The notes: generated by a model from the letters alone, not told the origin. A stretch of DNA of 62,373 nucleotides, filler included, from Anaerolineae bacterium (GCA_029262755.1; 7 parts of 7 records of this genome joined end to end with filler, not necessarily neighbours in it); one strand, 5' to 3'. Shown: positions 42,378 through 53,200, numbered from the whole stretch's first letter. Made by a program: numbers and translations.

Positions 42378-42598
42378 CCCCAGTGTGGTCCATTGACCCG
42401 ACCCGGACGGCGCAATCTTGTCCAGCCGTTTCGCCCTGCGTCGTCCTGTGGTCCGTTCACCCGATCTCGACTGTGGTCCGTTGCCCGGTCCTTGACAGNN
42501 NNNNNNNNNNNNNNNNNNNNNNNNNNNNNNNNNNNNNNNNNNTTAATTAATTAANNNNNNNNNNNNNNNNNNNNNNNNNNNNNNNNNNNNNNNNNNNN

Positions 42599-42747
42599 AC
42601 ATCCTCCGCGTCGCCGAGCGGCACTTCGGCGAGCACCGCGCCCGTTGCCGGGTTGAGGGTCTTGCTCCAGCCTCCCTTCGCGGCGTCGACCGGTTCATTG
42701 TTGATCCACATCGGAAACCGACTTTGGTCTGCCCAGCGCAAATCCAT
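42599..42747 (-). CDS. Aldehyde dehydrogenase, N-terminal fragment
   Basis: MWINNEPV...TLNPATGAVLAEVPLGDAEDV, a typical ALDH start; truncated by contig edge. Confidence 0.75.
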
Positions 42748-42795
42748 CCAAACACGTCCTCGGTGTGAGCGGCGCATGTACGCGCCGTCGGAGCC

Positions 42796-44010
42796 TTATT
42801 GGTCTAGTGATTCGAATACGGTGGCGGCGCCTTGGCCGACGCCGACACAGAGCGTGGCGAGCCCATACCGCGCGCCGCGGCGCTTCATCTCGTGCAGGAG
42901 CGTCGCGGTGATACGCGCCCCGGAACAGCCTAGAGGATGGCCCAAAGAAATGGCGCCCCCGTTGACATTCACCTGCTCTTCGTCCAGGCCTAGCTCGTCG
43001 ATAACCGCAAGCGCTTGGACGGCGAAGGCCTCGTTGAGCTCCACCAAATCCAGATCTGCGACCGCGAGGCCGGCGCGCTCCAAGGCCTTTCGAGACGCGG
43101 GAACCGGCCCTAGGCCCATGGTACGCGGATCGACGCCGGCTACGGCCGAGGACACGACGCGCGCCAGCGGGCGCATGCCGGCGGCTTCGGCCGCCGCACG
43201 GTCCGCGACGAGGACGGCGGCGGCACCGTCGTTGAGGCTGCTGGAGTTGCCGGCCGTAACGGTTCCGCCGTCCCGGAACGCGGCGCGCAAGCGGCCGAGC
43301 ACCTCGAGCGACGTATCCGGGCGCGGTCCTTCGTCGCGCTCCACGACGGTGATGGCACCCTTGCGGCCCGGCACCTCGACCGGCACGATTTCGTCGTCAA
43401 AGCGGCCCGCTTCGTGCGCGGCGATCGCGCGTTGGTGGCTGCGTAGCGCGAACGCGTCTTGTCGTGCGCGCGGCGCCCGCTCCTCAACCAGCTCGCGGAT
43501 GTTCTCCGCCGTCTCGCCCATTCCCTCCAACGGAAACAGGGCGCTCATGCGCGGATTCGGGTAGCGCCAGCCAAGGGAGGTGTCCCAGGCGGTGACGTTA
43601 CCGCGCGGGAACGGATAGGCTCCCTTCGGCAACGACCAGGGCGCGCGTGACATATTCTCCACGCCGCCGGCAATAAAGAACGAGCCTTCGCCTGCTTGCA
43701 CGGCTCGTGCGGCTTGCTGAATAGCGTCGAGACCCGAAGCGCAGAGACGGTTGATGGTTGTGCCCGGCACGGAATGCGGCAGTCCGGCAAGCAGCGCGGC
43801 CATGCGCGCGACGTTGCGGTTGTCTTCGCCTGCCTGATTCGCACAGCCGAAGTACACGTCTTCGATGGAACCCGGATCGACGTGGGTTCGCGCCACGAGC
43901 GCGGCGATGACGTGCGCTCCAAGGTCATCGGCACGGACGCCGGAAAGGCCGCCGCCGTAGCGGCCGATCGGCGTACGCAGCGCATCCACGATGACGGCTT
44001 CGCGACTCAC
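42796..44010 (-). CDS. paaJ: Thiolase, PaaJ/PcaF type (3-oxoadipyl-CoA)
   Basis: [53 protein letters not shown]. Confidence 0.88.
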   Translation of the reverse strand: MSREAVIVDALRTPIGRYGGGLSGVRADDLGAHVIAALVARTHVDPGSIEDVYFGCANQAGEDNRNVARMAALLAGLPHSVPGTTINRLCASGLDAIQQAARAVQAGEGSFFIAGGVENMSRAPWSLPKGAYPFPRGNVTAWDTSLGWRYPNPRMSALFPLEGMGETAENIRELVEERAPRARQDAFALRSHQRAIAAHEAGRFDDEIVPVEVPGRKGAITVVERDEGPRPDTSLEVLGRLRAAFRDGGTVTAGNSSSLNDGAAAVLVADRAAAEAAGMRPLARVVSSAVAGVDPRTMGLGPVPASRKALERAGLAVADLDLVELNEAFAVQALAVIDELGLDEEQVNVNGGAISLGHPLGCSGARITATLLHEMKRRGARYGLATLCVGVGQGAATVFESLDQ

Positions 44011-44708
44011 GCGCTCGTCTCCGCATCGGAGCCACGATCGTCTTCGCGCGTGGAGTCCGAGGTCGGGTCGCTTGCGGTCAGGTCGCCCGCCGTCGCGTCC
44101 CCAGCCGCCGCGGCACCTGCAGCGTCTTGATCACCCGCGTTCGTGGATGCGTCGGAAGCCCCTTCAACCGGCTGTTCGTGCTTGGTCTCGCCCACGGCCT
44201 CGGACAGCCAACGTCGCGCATCGCTCTCGGCGCCGGTGACGACGTCCGCGGCGTGTGTGCGAAGACCACCCGCAACCGGTTGCGCCTCGACGCCGGGCTG
44301 GGAGCTCGTCGTTCCCAACTGCGACGCCCCTTGCTCCCCCTTGTCCAGATTCGTGGTTTCCGTGGATGCCGGGGGCGGCGCCCCCGTTGGATGCAGCTCC
44401 GATCCCGCGATAGAACCGACAGTGCCCGCGCCCACCGCGTCTTGAACCGTCACCAAGCCCTTGCCGTCTCGCTCCTCTCCGGCGCGGCCCTGCGGAGCAG
44501 GCAAATCGGCAGCCTCCAACCAGTCGCGGTTGTCGGCGTGCTCTCCAACTCCGGTGAAGGCCTGCTCGAGACGCGTCATCCGCCGTCGCAGCGCACGCAT
44601 CTGAATGGACTGCGCCGCGATCCAAAGCAGCATCGCAAGCGGCACACCGAAGAGAACGGCGAGCGATGCCAAGACGAGCAGGGTCGACTGATCCAGGTTG
44701 CCAAACAT
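44007..44708 (-). CDS. Hypothetical single-TM protein with acidic disordered tail
   Basis: TAATG overlap upstream and GTGA overlap downstream; N-terminal TM helix then a short coiled segment. Confidence 0.6.
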   Translation of the reverse strand: MFGNLDQSTLLVLASLAVLFGVPLAMLLWIAAQSIQMRALRRRMTRLEQAFTGVGEHADNRDWLEAADLPAPQGRAGEERDGKGLVTVQDAVGAGTVGSIAGSELHPTGAPPPASTETTNLDKGEQGASQLGTTSSQPGVEAQPVAGGLRTHAADVVTGAESDARRWLSEAVGETKHEQPVEGASDASTNAGDQDAAGAAAAGDATAGDLTASDPTSDSTREDDRGSDAETSA

Positions 44709-45460
44709 TAGAGCTCCCACTTCCGGCCGGCGACGGCCATTCGGCGCAACAAGGGCGCCACGCGATATCGATCTTCTCCGTGCTCGGCGGCCAGACCATC
44801 CATTGTGGCAACGATGTCCGGCAGCCCGATGATGTTGGCCCACGCCAAGGGTCCACGAGGGTAGCGCGTACCGAGGGTCATTGCGCGATCCACGTCCTCG
44901 GCAGTCGCTGCGCCCTCCATGACCGCGAACGCCGCTTCATTCGCGAGGCACGCTACCACGCGCGGCAAAACGAGTCCTGCTCCGTCACCAACCCACACCG
45001 GATCGAGGCCGGCCGCCTGCCAGAACGCCTCCACGGCTTCCCGCGCGGTGTCCGCGGTCTGCATCGCCTTCGCACATTCGACGGTCGTTCTCCCCGTCCA
45101 GGGCGGCAGGAGGGCAAACCCGGTGACCCGGCCCGAATGCTTCGTGGCCGCCGCGGCTGTGGTCGCGCTCCCCGCATGGCAGCACGTGAGCAACGGCCGG
45201 TCCGCCGCTAGATGGCTGTCGATCAAGCGCAGGGCATTCGCCTTTCGGCTTCGGTCGCGGACGTAGAGATCGATCGCGACATCGGCCACGGTCAGCGCAT
45301 CGGTTCGCGATTCGTGGTCGTGTTCGGACTCGTCCCCGACGTCGTACATCGACGTGCGCATACCCGCATCACGTAGAAGCGACGCTAGGTCCTCTCCAAG
45401 CCCATGCTCGCGATCGCCAAGGATCACAACGTGTGTTTCGTTGCCGGTAGGCGTGCTCAT
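44708..45460 (-). CDS. 3-hydroxyacyl-CoA dehydrogenase C-terminal-half protein (degenerate Rossmann plus 3HCDH domain)
   Basis: GLVLPRVVACLANEAA, DVDRAMTLGTRYPRGPL, RYRVAPLL; lacks GxGxxG. Confidence 0.8.
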   Translation of the reverse strand: MSTPTGNETHVVILGDREHGLGEDLASLLRDAGMRTSMYDVGDESEHDHESRTDALTVADVAIDLYVRDRSRKANALRLIDSHLAADRPLLTCCHAGSATTAAAATKHSGRVTGFALLPPWTGRTTVECAKAMQTADTAREAVEAFWQAAGLDPVWVGDGAGLVLPRVVACLANEAAFAVMEGAATAEDVDRAMTLGTRYPRGPLAWANIIGLPDIVATMDGLAAEHGEDRYRVAPLLRRMAVAGRKWEL

Positions 45461-46149
45461 GAGGCTCCCATCGCGGTCGCCGTTGGAACAGAGGGCTTGC
45501 CGAGACCGTGCGAGGCACCCGCGGAGAGGGAAGCGAACATCCCACGTAGTACCGATGCAGGTTGGGCGCCGAGGAGCATATGGCCGCCCAGGCGCAAGGC
45601 CGGCACCGCGACGAGACCGTAGCGCGCGGCTGCTTCGCGATCGGGCTCGAGCAGTTGGACCCGTCGCGCGGGCGCGAACGCGTCTTCGAAGCCTGCGGGA
45701 TCTACGCCCGAGGCCGCCACGATTGTTCGCAGGGTGGCTGGTTCATCGATGCGGGGTCCGTCGGGTTCTGCGTCGACATCCCGTGCAAAATGGGCCGCGA
45801 ACAGCAGTTCGAGGAAACCGGCTACCGCGTTGGGTGCGCGTTCTCTGACCCATGCGCACGCTACAGCCGCCGGCCGCGGGTCGGTCGTGCAGCCCGGCTC
45901 TGCCAGTTGCAGTCCGTATTCTTGCGCTGCAAGCGCTTGGACCGCGGGCCAGGTCGCGCGGTGTGCCGCGTCCCGCATCGCGTCCTGCGCGCCGGCTGCG
46001 CGCTCCTTCCCCTCCGCTGATCCCGAGATCGGAAGCATCCGCCACACAACCTCTCCTCGCTGTTCGGCGTCCACCGCGCGCAGGGAGCGAAGAAGCATGA
46101 AGCTGTACGGGCACACGGGATCCAGGAACGCCTCGACTCGCTCGCTCAT
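45457..46149 (-). CDS. DsbA/FrnE-like thioredoxin-fold protein
   Basis: FLDPVCPYS, LFAAHF, GLVAVP....LLGAQP; ATGA overlaps on both sides. Confidence 0.75.
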   Translation of the reverse strand: MSERVEAFLDPVCPYSFMLLRSLRAVDAEQRGEVVWRMLPISGSAEGKERAAGAQDAMRDAAHRATWPAVQALAAQEYGLQLAEPGCTTDPRPAAVACAWVRERAPNAVAGFLELLFAAHFARDVDAEPDGPRIDEPATLRTIVAASGVDPAGFEDAFAPARRVQLLEPDREAAARYGLVAVPALRLGGHMLLGAQPASVLRGMFASLSAGASHGLGKPSVPTATAMGAS

Positions 46150-47051
46150 TTGCTCGACTCGCCGTAGGAGTAATAGCCCTGCTTGGTCTTGCGCCCGAGG
46201 CGTCCGCTCTCGACCATGGCTCGTTGGATCGGATGGGGACGAAAGCGGGGATCCTGGAAGAACCCGTCGAATACACTGGACGCGGCGGCGTAGTTCACGT
46301 CGATGCCGATCAAGTCCATCAGGCGAAACGGCCCCATCGGAAAGCCGGCGTCTTCCGCCAGACGGTCGATCGTCGCGACGTCGGCTGCGCCCTCGCCCAC
46401 CAGGCGCAAGGCTTCACCATAGAAGGGGCGAGCGACCCTGTTCACGATAAAGCCTGGAGTGTCCTTGGCCATCACCGGCTGTTTGCCCCACGCGAGGGCC
46501 AAGGCGTAGACGGCCGCTACGGTCTCCGGTGCTGTGCTCGGCCCTTCGATGACCTCCACGAGGGGCATCAGCGGGGCCGGATTGAAGAAGTGCATCCCGC
46601 AGAGCCGCTCGGGATGGGCCATGGCCGCCCCGATCGCGGCGACCGATAGCGTCGATGTGTTCGTTGCTAGGATCGCGTGTTCGCCGACGGCGCCTTCCAA
46701 TTGTTCGAATAGCTCGCGCTTGAGGGTCAAGTCCTCCGGCGCTGCTTCGACCACCAGACCGCAGCCGGCGAAGGCGGATACGTCCGTTGTCGGCGTGAGG
46801 CGTTCCAGGGCGGCTTCCGCCTCAGCAAGTGTGTACTTGCCCTTCTCCGCTCCGCGTCGCAGGAAGCCGGCGATCGCTTGCCCACCGCGCTCCACGAAAG
46901 CCTGGGCGATGTCGTAGAGCACGACCTCGTGCCCGGCCCATGCAGCGACCTGCGCAATACCGGCGCCCATGGTGCCTGCACCGACAACCCCGATGCGGCT
47001 TCCCGAGAGATCGGCTCCATGCGGATGGGCAGCCGTGGACGATCGTTCCAT
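46146..47051 (-). CDS. paaH: 3-hydroxyacyl-CoA dehydrogenase (PaaH N-terminal half)
   Basis: VGAGTMGAGIA, EAAPE, ATNTSTL, GMHFFNPAPLMPLVE, DTPGFIVNRVARPFYGEA, GFPMGPF. Confidence 0.85.
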   Translation of the reverse strand: MERSSTAAHPHGADLSGSRIGVVGAGTMGAGIAQVAAWAGHEVVLYDIAQAFVERGGQAIAGFLRRGAEKGKYTLAEAEAALERLTPTTDVSAFAGCGLVVEAAPEDLTLKRELFEQLEGAVGEHAILATNTSTLSVAAIGAAMAHPERLCGMHFFNPAPLMPLVEVIEGPSTAPETVAAVYALALAWGKQPVMAKDTPGFIVNRVARPFYGEALRLVGEGAADVATIDRLAEDAGFPMGPFRLMDLIGIDVNYAAASSVFDGFFQDPRFRPHPIQRAMVESGRLGRKTKQGYYSYGESSK

Positions 47052-47052
47052 G

Positions 47053-47798
47053 CTAGCGGCCCTCGAAGCGCGGCGGCCGCTTCTCCAGAAAGGCGGAGAT
47101 GCCCTCCTTGTGATCGGCGGTCTCGCCTGCGATCTGCTGCAGGTGGGCCTCGTAGTCGAGCGTCTCTTCCAGGCTGCGGTCCATGGCGCGCCGCATCGCG
47201 CGCTTGGTTAGGCCAAGCGCCTTGGTCGGTGCCTGCGCCAGGGTCGCGGCCATCGAGAGCGCCGCTTCTCTGCACGCGTCCCCGTCCGGCGCAACCTCGT
47301 TCACCACGCCCCAATCAACGGCTTGTTGCGCGCTGAAGCGTCCGCCCTTTGCGTAGATTTCGTAGGCTCGCGCGAGCCCGAGCATCCGCGGCAGAAAGTA
47401 GGTCGAACCGCTATCGGGCACGAGCCCGACCTTCGCAAACGCCGTAACAAAGCTGGCTTGTTCGGCCACGACGCGCAGGTCGCATGCGAGCGCGAGACTG
47501 GCGCCCGCACCAGCCGCCACGCCGTTCACCGCGGCGATCACGGGTTTCTCCAACCCGACGATGCGCCGGATGACGGGGTGGTAGGCGTGTTCCAAATGGG
47601 CCCGGAAGCTCATGCCGCCTTCCTCGTCGCGATCCGCAACAGCGCCGAGGTCCTGCCCCGCGCAGAAGGCCCGGCCTGCGCCCGTCAGCACCACGGCGCG
47701 TACATCCGCGTTGCGTGCCGCGCCCGAAAGGGCTTTGCCCAAGGCCGCGAGCATCTCATCGGTAAGGGCGTTGAGCTTGTCCGGCCGGTTCAACGTGA
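47053..47798 (-). CDS. paaG: Enoyl-CoA hydratase/isomerase, PaaG-like (5' truncated)
   Basis: LNRPDKLNAL, GRAFCAGQDL, VNGVAAGAG, GLVPDSG, EGISAFLEKRPPRFEG. Confidence 0.85.
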
Positions 47799-47898
47799 NN
47801 NNNNNNNNNNNNNNNNNNNNNNNNNNNNNNNNNNNNNNNNNNTTAATTAATTAANNNNNNNNNNNNNNNNNNNNNNNNNNNNNNNNNNNNNNNNNNNN

Positions 47899-47931
47899 GC
47901 AGCGGCTCGACGTTCACCGTCGAGCCGCTGC
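47899..47931. terminator. Perfect 14-bp inverted repeat (terminator-like or REP-like)
   Basis: GCAGCGGCTCGACG-TTCAC-CGTCGAGCCGCTGC at the very start of the contig. Confidence 0.55.
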
Positions 47932-48237
47932 ACTTGTGCGTGTGCTTACTGACGATGGGCGAGGCGCCCATAGAGAAGGGCGTCGATGCAGTAAGCAGTG
48001 ACGGGATTGGGGTAATGCACAGCGAGGTCGTTCTGGGCGTGGCTGCACGTCGAGGGCGAATGTGTCGCGATCGCGGCGCGACGGTGGCGGGCGGAGCCTT
48101 CCGCTGGCTTGTCGAGGGGCGTACTGTCATTGTCCTGCCCCGCAGGGTGTCCGCTGTGCCGCATTGCCCATCGTCCCGCGTTGGCTACCGCGACTCGGGT
48201 CGCTACGATGGATGCCACCATGGTGGCATCCGGAGGA

Positions 48238-48582
48238 ATGATGAGCGAGATGACCAAGCTGACGTTGCGCCTGCCGGCGACACTTCATCGCAGACTGACC
48301 CAGCGCGCACGGACGACCCGTCAGTCCTTGAATCGGGTCATCATCGATGCGCTGCTACGGGGTCTCGGCCAGCCCAATCGGGGAGACGAAGGTGAAGATC
48401 CAGCCTACGTGGCGCAGGTGCTGCGTGAGGGAGGAATGCTCGCCGACCTCAGCGGCCCGAACGTCGTGGCCGAAGCAGAGCCGAACGCGACGACCGAAGG
48501 GCTCGAGGTGCTCCGCGCCCGTATCGGGCAAGTGGAACCCTTGGCTTCCGAGATCGTGATCGGAGATCGCGGGCAGCGCTGA
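48238..48582 (+). CDS. Ribbon-helix-helix antitoxin (VapB-like)
   Basis: KLTLRLPATLHRRL...SLNRVIIDAL; ends SEIVIGDRG; TGATG overlap with the PIN gene; GGAGGA RBS. Confidence 0.8.
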   Translation: MMSEMTKLTLRLPATLHRRLTQRARTTRQSLNRVIIDALLRGLGQPNRGDEGEDPAYVAQVLREGGMLADLSGPNVVAEAEPNATTEGLEVLRARIGQVEPLASEIVIGDRGQR

Positions 48583-49067
48583 TGGCGACCTGCTACTTCG
48601 ACAGCAGCGCCACGGTGAAGCGCTACGTGATGGAGCCGGGCACCGACGAGATCGATGCGCTACTCGATGCCTTGCGGGACGGGAGACCTCGGCACACCGT
48701 CGTCTTCGCTTCGATCGGCATTGTGGAAGTGGTAGCCGCCTTCTCCCGCCTGGAACGCTCGGGTGCCATCAGTGCTCCGCAATGGATCGGTTTGGCGGCG
48801 CAGTTCAACACGGAGCTTTCCTCGCGCTACCTCGCGATGGAGCTCTCGAACGCAATCGTGCAGGAGGCCAGCGCCTTGACGCGCCGACGTGGATTGCGTG
48901 GATACGACGCCGTGCACCTGGCTTCGGCCCTGGCGCTGCGCGACTCACTTCAAGAGTCGGGCTTGAACGCCCCGATCTTCGTCTCGGCGGATGTCGATCT
49001 CTGTGCTGCCGCGAGGAATGAGGGGCTCGAGGACATGGCGCCAGGTCTGTCGGTGACACCAGACTGA
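48582..49067 (+). CDS. vapC: VapC-family PIN-domain toxin
   Basis: YFDSSATVKRYVMEPGT, VEVVAAF, LRGYDAVHLASA, FVSAD..L..AARNEGL. Confidence 0.9.
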   Translation: MATCYFDSSATVKRYVMEPGTDEIDALLDALRDGRPRHTVVFASIGIVEVVAAFSRLERSGAISAPQWIGLAAQFNTELSSRYLAMELSNAIVQEASALTRRRGLRGYDAVHLASALALRDSLQESGLNAPIFVSADVDLCAAARNEGLEDMAPGLSVTPD

Positions 49068-49115
49068 GCATCGCGGAGTGGCACACTCACGTCGGGTCAG
49101 CCCTGTGCCTTCGCC

Positions 49116-49730
49116 CTACGCGAGCGTCCGCCCCATCACGTAGGCCTGCGGATACGCGGCCACCCGGTGAAAGCCCAACGCCTCATAGAAGGCGATCGCG
49201 CCCGTGTTGCGGCGGTTCACCTCCAGATGCACCGCGGGGACGGCGCGTGCGTTCAGCCGCTCCAGGAGCGCGTCCATCAGCAGGCGACCACCGCCACGGC
49301 GCTGCAGCTCGGGGAGCAGCGCGATGTGCAGCCGCGCGGGATAGGCGGCCGCATCGGCATTCAGATCGATCCCCTCATGGATGAGGGCGTAGAACTCCTG
49401 CTCCGCTCCCGAGCGATCGCTCGCGTCGGGGAGGGGGTAGCGGCGACGCAGCGGCGGGAACCACGTGTCCTCGCAGCGGCGACGGAAGGCCGCGATATCG
49501 CGGGTGGCGCAGATATAGCCCGCCGGAGTGGCGGGGGCGTCGTCGGCTTGCAGAACGAAGCAGAGCTCCGGCTCGAGGCTCGCGTAAGGGCCCACGTAGA
49601 AGTGGCCCATGAGGTCCGGATCCTCGAAGAGGTGCGTGCCATCCGTGCCGTCCGCGTTCGCGGTGCGCAGGCAGATGCGGTAGAGCTGCGGCAGGTCGCT
49701 GGGGTGCACCGGGCGGGTCGAGAGGTTCAT
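49116..49730 (-). CDS. GNAT-family acetyltransferase
   Basis: YPARLHIALLPELQRRGGGRLLM, VHLEV...NTGAIAFYEALGF. Confidence 0.88.
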   Translation of the reverse strand: MNLSTRPVHPSDLPQLYRICLRTANADGTDGTHLFEDPDLMGHFYVGPYASLEPELCFVLQADDAPATPAGYICATRDIAAFRRRCEDTWFPPLRRRYPLPDASDRSGAEQEFYALIHEGIDLNADAAAYPARLHIALLPELQRRGGGRLLMDALLERLNARAVPAVHLEVNRRNTGAIAFYEALGFHRVAAYPQAYVMGRTLA

Positions 49731-49886
49731 GGAGCGGCGGGTCCTGGGGGTGGGGCGAAGGTCGCTGTGCATTCTAGTGATCCTCGGCTCGGTGGGCCTT
49801 GCAAGGTAACACCCGCCTACCGGCCAGAGCCCAAGAGCTTCTCTGGGGATCTTGCTGGATCGTTCCACCGAACCTACCCTGGAGGC

Positions 49887-50138
49887 ATGAGCACGAAACG
49901 CGCAGTGAACGACGACGTCAGCGATCATGTTCGGGCGGCATTTGCGGACTTGGATCGGGACCATCTGGCCTTCCTCGCGACCTTGAGTGCGACGAGGCGG
50001 CTGTACATGGTCGGTGAGCTGGCCGACTTCGCGCGCGAGAGCTACGCGATGCAGGTGCGCAGGGCGAGACCGGACGCATCGCACGAAGAGCTGTGGGCTG
50101 AGGTGCGTCGACGCATGTGGCAACGTGACGACGCCTGA
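49887..50138 (+). CDS. Small helical protein, antitoxin-like
   Basis: GGAGG RBS; LSATRRLYMVGELADFAR...VRRARPDASHEELWAEVRRR pattern. Confidence 0.55.
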   Translation: MSTKRAVNDDVSDHVRAAFADLDRDHLAFLATLSATRRLYMVGELADFARESYAMQVRRARPDASHEELWAEVRRRMWQRDDA

Positions 50139-50167
50139 GCCGTGCCGAGCCCGATCGTCGTGTGTGA

Positions 50168-50196
50168 TTGACGCGCGCTGAGGCCGGCGCTACGTT
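50168..50196 (+). promoter_or_regulatory. sigma70-type promoter of the PLD-helicase gene
   Basis: TTGACG-17 nt-TACGTT about 66 nt upstream of the TTG start. Confidence 0.6.
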
Positions 50197-50262
50197 CGCC
50201 ATCGTGAGAACCATGCTACCGCACCCCTGCGCTGCTCCGGACGGCACGCCAAGGGTCCACCC

Positions 50263-53200
50263 TTGGCGGAGCTGAGCCCCGGACTCTACGACCAGCTGGT
50301 CGATCAGCTGCTGCGCGAGCGCCTCGACGACCTCGCCGGGCGGCGGCTGACGCCGTCGCTTGAGGTGGTCGAGGCGGCCGAGTTGCCCGATCGCGTCGGG
50401 GAGGTCGTGGCCGACTGGGTTCGCCTGATGCTGGCCGGCGTGCCCGCCAATCGCCGGCCCGACGCCGCCTTGGCGCTGGTTGAGTCCCTGCTGGCCTCGT
50501 TGAGCGACCTCGACGCCGATGGGGCGCTGCGCGATCGCATGCTGGCCGCGCCCCTCCGGCGTCTCCGCGCGATCGAACGTCTCGATCCGACCGACAAGCC
50601 CATGCCGATCCGCCAGCCGCTCACGCCCCTGCGCGACACCGTCCTGATGACGAACGCGCCAGACCAGCCGTCGGTGGGGCGGGAGATCGAGGCCGAGATC
50701 GACTCGGCGGACCGCATCGACCTGGTCCTGGCCTTTATTCGCTGGACCGGCATCCGCACGTTGCTCCCGCACCTGCGGAAGCACGTCGAGGCCGGGAAGC
50801 CGCTGCGTGTGATCACGACCGTCTACACCGGCAGCACCGAGCTCCGGGCGCTGGAGGCGCTCGAGGAGATCGGCGCCGCGGTCAAGGTCTCCTATGACAC
50901 CGCCGCGACGCGGCTGCACGCCAAGGCCTGGCTCTTCCAGCGCGACAGCGGCTTTTCGACTGTGTACATCGGCTCCTCCAACCTCACCTACTCGGCCCAG
51001 GTCGCCGGCCTGGAGTGGAATGTGCGGGCCTCGGAGCGCCAGAACCCGGGCCTGATCGCCGGCTTCGAGCGCACCTTCGATACCTATTGGGCGGACCATA
51101 GCTTCGAAGACCTCGACGCGGAACGCTTCCTCCGCGCGACCGAGAGCGCGGCGGGCAGCGATCGCATCCTGACGCCCTTTGCCATCGAGCCCTATCCCTT
51201 CCAGCGCCAGATCCTCGAAACGCTGCAGGTCGAGCGGCGGCGGGGCAACGCGCACAACCTCGTTGCCGCCGCGACGGGCACGGGCAAGACCATCATCGCC
51301 GCGTTGGACTACCGGCACCTGCGCGGCGAGCTGGACCGGTCGCGGCTGCTCTTCGTGGCTCACCGCAAGGAGATCCTGGAGCAGAGCCGCACGACCTTCC
51401 GCCACGTGCTGCGCGACGGCGCCTTCGGCGAGCTCTGGGTGGGCGGCAAGCGTCCGCAGCGGTGGGAGCACGTCTTCGCCTCGATCCAATCCCTCACCGC
51501 CAATGACGTCCAAGCGATCGACCCCGCGCAATTCGATGTCGTGATCGTCGACGAGTTCCACCACGCCGCCGCGGCCAGCTACGAGGCCCTGCTCGACCAC
51601 GTGAAGCCCCGCGTCCTGACCGGCCTCACCGCGACGCCCGAACGTACGGACGGCCTGGATGTGCTGCGCTGGTTCGACGGGCGCATCGCCGTGGAGCTGC
51701 GGCTCTGGGACGCGCTCGAGCAGGGGCTTCTGTCTCCCTTCCACTACTTCGGCATCCACGACGCGACCGACCTGCGCATGATCCCATGGCGGCGCGGCAC
51801 CGGCTATGACACCGGCGCGCTGACCAATCTCTACACCGCCAACGACCTCTGGGCGGAGAAGGTCATCCAGGCCGTGGGCGATAAGATCGGCGATCCCACG
51901 GCCATGCGCGCGCTCGGCTTCTGTGTCAGCATCGAGCATGCGCTCTTCATGGCCCGACACTTCGAGCGGGCCGGCATGACCGCCGTCGCGGTCACGTCGC
52001 GCAGCAGCGCCGAGGAGCGCCGGCAAGCGCTGGACGGCCTGCGGGACGGCGCCGTGCAGATCCTGTTCACCGTGGACCTGTTCAACGAGGGCGTCGACAT
52101 CCCCGCCGTGGACGTCGTGCTGATGCTGCGGCCGACCGAGAGCGCAACGGTCTTTCTACAGCAGCTCGGCCGCGGCCTCCGCCGCAACGCCGGCAAGGAC
52201 GTGCTCACGGTGCTCGACTTCGTGGGCCACGCGCGCAAGGAGTTCCGCTTCGACCTGCGCTACCGCCGCCTGCTGGGCCGCAGCCGCCGCGAGCTCGAGT
52301 CCGACATCAAGCAGGACTTCCCCTACCTGCCCGCCGGTTGCCATCTCGAGCTGGATGCAATCGCCAAGGAGATCGTGCTCGAGAACATCCGCCAGGCCAT
52401 CCCGGGCCGCTGGAAGCAGCGGGTCGCCGAGCTGCGGCTGCTGGGCGACGTGGCCCTCGGGACGTTCCTTGAGGAGAGCGGGCTGGAACTCGGCGACCTG
52501 GTCCGGATGTACAAGAGCGGCAAGAGCTGGTCTGCGATGCGTCGCGCGGCCGGGTTGCCGGTGACGGCGGCGGGTCCGGAGGAAGATCGGGTCGCGCGCG
52601 GCGTGGGGCGGGTGCTGCATCTGGACGACGAGGCTCGGATCGGGATGTACCGCTGGTTGTTGGACCGGGCCGAACCTCCGGACCCCGACCAACTCAGCGT
52701 GCGTCGTCGGAGAGCGCTCCACGGCCTGTTGCTCACCGTGCTCAACCCCAAGCGCGGCGAGCACGCCGACCTGGCCGCCGCGGCCGCCATGCTGTGGCGC
52801 CATCCCGCGCTGCGCGAAGAGCTCGTCGAGTTGCTGCCGCTGCTTGAGCCGCAGGTGGTCCACCTGCATGAACCGTTAGGCACGGACGGGCAGGTGCCGT
52901 TGCAGGTGCACGCGAGCTACACGCGCGAAGAGATCCTCGCCGCCTTCGGCGCCTCCCGGGTCGACGCGCCGCTGCCGCTGCAAACGGGTGTCTACTGGCA
53001 CGAGCCCACCCGCACCGACCTGCTCTTTGTCACGCTCCAGAAGTCCGAGCGCGACTACTCGCCCAGCACGCGTTACTTGGACTACGCGATCAGCGAACGG
53101 CTCTTCCACTGGGAGTCGCAGGCTAGTACGGCTGAGGACAGCCAGCGGGGGCAGGACTACGTGCACCACGCGGCGCGGGGGCGGCGGGTTGTGCTCTTCG

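Larger units (their letters stand above)
39883..42497 (+). mobile_element. Complete IS21-family insertion sequence (~2.6 kb)
   Basis: TG...CA ends; IRL TGTCACAGACCGGGGTACAAACCACAG vs IRR (reverse complement) TGTCAAGGACCGGGCAACGGACCACAG, 21/27 identical; multiple subterminal GGACCAC repeats; istA-istB. Confidence 0.95.

Noticed and set aside
39782..42598. IS21 interrupting cytochrome b or the aldehyde dehydrogenase
   Set aside because: The IS is a separate contig; adjacency is artificial and no target duplication can be seen
11736..47898. Six repeats of TTAATTAATTAA flanked by N runs
   Set aside because: Identical 100-nt artificial contig linkers, not biological; ORFs ending in 'LIN' or X runs are artefacts
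47934..48257. Several short ORFs upstream of vapB
   Set aside because: No motifs or convincing starts in any frame
49918..52026. Long antisense or alternative-frame ORFs (also 14159-15241, 21090-22574, 36051-37136, 53850-56165, 32198-33517)
   Set aside because: Shadow ORFs expected in high-GC DNA; each overlaps a gene with clear family motifs
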